A stretch of 64,000 nucleotides of DNA from an uncultured Verrucomicrobiae bacterium. GTDB lineage: Bacteria; Verrucomicrobiota; Verrucomicrobiia; Chthoniobacterales; JAFAMB01. Below, piece by piece: positions 59,299 to 64,000 of this stretch; the first letter of the stretch is position 1, and each line of letters starts with the position of its first letter. The notes below the pieces were generated by a model, which saw nothing but the letters and a program-made list of their open reading frames with translations, was not told where the DNA came from and did not search any database. The stretch covers positions 38,654 through 102,653 of the forward strand of contig CAWJVG010000001.1 of the NCBI GenBank assembly GCA_963846195.1, read 5' to 3'. Both the position numbers and the translations under genes were made by a program.

Positions 59299-60507
59299 CT
59301 ACTTCTCCGTGAGTGCAACAACTCCGGGAAGTTCTTTCCCTTCCAAAAGCTCGAGCGATGCACCCCCTCCCGTGGAGATGAAAGTCATCTTATCCGCATA
59401 ACCGAATAGTTTCACCGCGGTCACAGAATCTCCTCCGCCGATGATCGTCTTTGCATCGGACTCAGCCAGAGCCGCTGCAATTTCTCTAGTACCATTTGCG
59501 AAATCCGGAATTTCAAAAACTCCGACCGGTCCGTTCCAGACGATCGTTTTGGCCGCTGCGATTTCGGCCTTGTACAAAAGAATCGTTTCCCTGCCGATAT
59601 CGACGGCTTGCCATCCTTCGCTGATTCCCTGAGAGGGAGACAGCAAAGGTGTATTGCGAGAATTTGCCCCCGCCTTGAACTCGTCCGTTTCAAGGCTGTC
59701 GACCGGCACCAGGAACTTAATTCCTTTTTCTTTCGCCAACGTCAGAAGTTCCAGCGCCAAATGTACCTTGTCTGCTTCGACCCGGCTCGCGCCGGTTGGA
59801 ATGCCCATCGCCTTAAAGAACGTGTGAGCCATCGCTCCTCCAATCAGAATGACATCCGCCTTGGACATCAGCGCCTTGATCACTTCGATCTTATCGGAGA
59901 CCTTTGACCCACCTAATATCACTAAGAACGGCCTATCCGGGTGCGCCAACTCCTCATGGAGATACTGGAGTTCGCGCTCCATTAAAAGCCCCATCGCCGC
60001 CTGCGGCAAATACCTGGCGACTCCCGCAGTACTTGCATGGCCCCGGTGAGCCGCGCCAAAGGCATCGTTCACGTACACATCACCCAGTTTCGCGAGCGCT
60101 TCCGCAAAGCCCTCGTCGTTCGCCTCTTCCTCTTTGAAAAAGCGCACGTTTTCCACCAGCAGCACGCCCCCGTCCGGGAGCGCTTTCGAAGCTGCTTCCA
60201 CGCTCGGTCCGATGACCTCCTGGCTAAACTTGACCGGCGGCGGAATCATCTGCGTCAAATGATCCGCAACCGGTTTCAGAGAATACTTCGGATTCGGTTT
60301 TCCCTTAGGGCGGCCAAAGTGCGCGAGCAAAACCACTTTCGCTCCTTTTTCTCGCAACAGTTCAATAGTCGGCAAACTTTCGCGGATCCGGGTGTCGTCC
60401 GTGATCCGTGTCTCCCCATCGATTTCTTCTGTGGGAACATTGAAATCGACGCGCATCAGGACACGCCGACCTTTGACGTCAAGATCGCGAACGGATAGTT
60501 TCGCCAT
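59299..60507 (-). CDS. pgk: Phosphoglycerate kinase
   Basis: RVDFNVP, NDAFGAAHR, WNGPVG, STGGGASLE. Confidence 0.97.
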   Translation of the reverse strand: MAKLSVRDLDVKGRRVLMRVDFNVPTEEIDGETRITDDTRIRESLPTIELLREKGAKVVLLAHFGRPKGKPNPKYSLKPVADHLTQMIPPPVKFSQEVIGPSVEAASKALPDGGVLLVENVRFFKEEEANDEGFAEALAKLGDVYVNDAFGAAHRGHASTAGVARYLPQAAMGLLMERELQYLHEELAHPDRPFLVILGGSKVSDKIEVIKALMSKADVILIGGAMAHTFFKAMGIPTGASRVEADKVHLALELLTLAKEKGIKFLVPVDSLETDEFKAGANSRNTPLLSPSQGISEGWQAVDIGRETILLYKAEIAAAKTIVWNGPVGVFEIPDFANGTREIAAALAESDAKTIIGGGDSVTAVKLFGYADKMTFISTGGGASLELLEGKELPGVVALTEK

Positions 60508-60521
60508 GTTTTACCGCCCGG

Positions 60522-61619
<1,098 letters not shown>

Positions 61620-61889
61620 TCACCGTCAACCACAAGATTAGCAAAGATCGACCGCTCTTTGGCATCGCTCGGAATTCCGGAGAAACTTCCAAGCGGCGCA
61701 GGCTGTGTCAGCGAAGCTCTACGCACTTGCCAGAAGACTCCGCAATCCTCCAAAAAAAAGAAGACTCGGACAGCCCGCTTCGGTTCGTCAACTCTACAAG
61801 CAGGCTCTTAAACTGAAACTCAGCGCTTGATCGAGAGGTTTCCGGCCCAAATAAGTCCCGTCGCTTGGCTTTGCCAGAAATCTTGGGGT

Positions 61890-63908
61890 CTAGGCCGGAG
61901 CCTCGGTCAACCCGCCCACACCTTCAGGCTGAGGTCGGCTTGTCTCCGGCGGGCGATCGTCTCGACTGGGCGGCGCGATCGGAGGCGGTGGATTGATCAG
62001 CCTGCCATTGTTCAAGATTTCGCGGATCTGACCCCCATCGAGCGTCTCGTATTCAAGCAGGGCCTTGGCGATTGTTACAAGGGTCTCTTTGCGGTGCGTC
62101 AAAACCTTGAGCGCGCGCTGATAGGAATCATCGCAAAGTCTCTTTACTTCCCGATCGATCTCCTGCGCTGTCGCTTCGCTATAGGCCCGTGAACGGGAAA
62201 TATCGCGACCAAGGAACACATAATCCTCGTGCTCTCCATATTCGACCATGCCGAGCCGCTCGCTCATACCCCATTCGCACACCATTTTGCGCGCGATGCC
62301 GGTGGCCATCCGGATGTCGCCGGTGGCTCCGTTTGTGACATCGCCGAAGACGATTTCTTCCGCCACACGGCCACCCATGATGACGACCAGGCGATCCAAA
62401 AGTTCGTTCTTGCGATTGGTGTATTTGTCCTCAACCGGTAGATACATCGTCGACCCGAGAGACGGACCGCGAGGAATAATTGTCACCTTGTGCAGCGGAT
62501 CAGTGTGCTCGAGCACCTCGCACAGCAATGCATGACCGGCTTCGTGATACGCGGTGTTCTCTTTTTCTTTCTCGCTGATAGCGAGGCTGCGCCGCTCTTT
62601 GCCCCAACGCACCTTGTCACGGGCCTCTTCCATTTCGGCCATTGTAATGGCCTTCAGCCCGCGCCGTGCAGCTAACAAAGCCGCTTCGTTAATCACATTG
62701 GCAAGCTCAGCTCCGGAATAACCTGGCGTCCCTCTGGCCACCACTCCGAGATCAACTCCCTCAGCAAGTTTGACCCTCTTCGCGTGGACCCTCAAAATTT
62801 CCTCGCGTCCTTTCACGTCTGGAAGATTGACAGTAATCTGGCGGTCAAAACGCCCCGGTCGCAAGAGCGCCGGATCCAAAACATCCGGCCGGTTCGTCGC
62901 GGCGATGATGATAACCCCTTCCTGCGTGTCGAACCCGTCCATCTCAACCAGCAACGCGTTCAAGGTTTGTTCACGCTCGTCATGCCCGCCGCCGAGACCG
63001 TGTCCACGGTGCCGGCCGACCGCATCAATTTCGTCGATGAAAATAATGCAAGGAGCGGACTTCTTTCCCTGTTCAAACATGTCACGGACTCGTGAGGCGC
63101 CCACTCCCACAAACATCTCGACAAAGTCAGATCCGCTGATGCTGAAGAAAGGGACATCTGCTTCGCCGGCGATCGCCCGGGCGAGAAGCGTCTTGCCGGT
63201 CCCTGGAGGACCTACCATCAGAACTCCCTTTGGAATACGCCCACCCAGCTTCTGGAATTTCTTCGGATCCTTCAGAAAATCGACGATCTCCTGGACCTCC
63301 TCTTTGGCCTCCTCGACACCGGCAACATCCTTGAACGTCACCCTGTTCCGATCGCGAGCTAGCATTCGAGCCTTGCTCTTCCCAAAATTAAGTGCCCCTT
63401 TGCCAGCGTTCCGAATCTGCTGCCTGAAAAAGAAATAAAGAATCAGGAAAAACAGCGCGATCGGCAAAAACTGCAGCAGCGCGGACAACATGACATCTGA
63501 ATCGGCCTTGATATCGACTTTGTACCCTTTATTCTCGAGCTCGGATTTCAGGTCCTTGTTATACTCGATGAAAATCGTGGTTTTAAAGTGGTCCGGAGCA
63601 CCAGCCAGTGAGGATGGTTTCTTGCCCTTTTCGTACGCCCCACGCAATGTCTGGGTCGAGCGTCCCTCGGTCACGATCAGCTGGAGCGGCTCTTCTTTGC
63701 TGATGCGACCTTCATCGATGTACTTCTCAAAATCGGTAAAGCTAATCTCTTCGACGTTTCCGTAACTACCGTTCCGGGACAACAAAAAGCCGCCTAGCAA
63801 GGCTATGGCACACGCAAACAAAAGAATGCCGCGCCAATTGAAGTTGTTATCGTTGCCGAAATTTCGAGAGTTTTTGTCCTTTGAGGACCGAGGATCTAAT
63901 TGTGCCAT
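61890..63908 (-). CDS. ftsH: ATP-dependent zinc metalloprotease FtsH
   Basis: Two TMs, [23 protein letters not shown]. Confidence 0.97.
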   Translation of the reverse strand: MAQLDPRSSKDKNSRNFGNDNNFNWRGILLFACAIALLGGFLLSRNGSYGNVEEISFTDFEKYIDEGRISKEEPLQLIVTEGRSTQTLRGAYEKGKKPSSLAGAPDHFKTTIFIEYNKDLKSELENKGYKVDIKADSDVMLSALLQFLPIALFFLILYFFFRQQIRNAGKGALNFGKSKARMLARDRNRVTFKDVAGVEEAKEEVQEIVDFLKDPKKFQKLGGRIPKGVLMVGPPGTGKTLLARAIAGEADVPFFSISGSDFVEMFVGVGASRVRDMFEQGKKSAPCIIFIDEIDAVGRHRGHGLGGGHDEREQTLNALLVEMDGFDTQEGVIIIAATNRPDVLDPALLRPGRFDRQITVNLPDVKGREEILRVHAKRVKLAEGVDLGVVARGTPGYSGAELANVINEAALLAARRGLKAITMAEMEEARDKVRWGKERRSLAISEKEKENTAYHEAGHALLCEVLEHTDPLHKVTIIPRGPSLGSTMYLPVEDKYTNRKNELLDRLVVIMGGRVAEEIVFGDVTNGATGDIRMATGIARKMVCEWGMSERLGMVEYGEHEDYVFLGRDISRSRAYSEATAQEIDREVKRLCDDSYQRALKVLTHRKETLVTIAKALLEYETLDGGQIREILNNGRLINPPPPIAPPSRDDRPPETSRPQPEGVGGLTEAPA

Positions 63909-64000
63909 ACACTAAAAAAACAACCTCTCACCGTAGCACATGGAGCGGGGCATGCAAAGGCGAGAGCGTACAGGAGAAAACGGGGCGAATTCAGGCGCTC

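Overview
Core-chromosome window of a GC-rich (roughly 55-58% by eye) bacterium. Gene content and style suggest Verrucomicrobiota/PVC; this is inferred, not searched. Housekeeping loci: cdaA-tail/mini-cdaR-glmM-bioD, folB, dciA, chdC-larE, yajC-secDF, rbs-type ABC with LacI regulator, sigma54 amtB-PII, a two-component system, lemA-TPM-TPM, rpsU, ccsA-hemA-hemC-cobA/hemD, apt, oppBC, frameshifted panC, yitJ, rpsT, GT4-glgB, xseA, ldhA, MFS, coaB, FIST-AraC-RND, gap-pgk-tpiA and ftsH. There are two tRNAs (CAT; Val-CAC). Four features stand out. (1) An IcmF-type B12 acyl-CoA mutase is split into two convergent genes, each preceded by a homologous ~160-190 bp palindromic element. (2) Two different HUH/Y1 transposase loci are present: a GTAG-REP RAYT, and a longer one bracketed by iterated inverted GGGACAGGTC motifs with a tandemly duplicated 215-bp non-coding 3' unit. 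(3) At least five distinct families of intergenic palindromic or short-repeat elements occur. (4) A small accessory region lies at the 3' end of tRNA-Val. All calls come from motif recognition by eye; no database searches were run.
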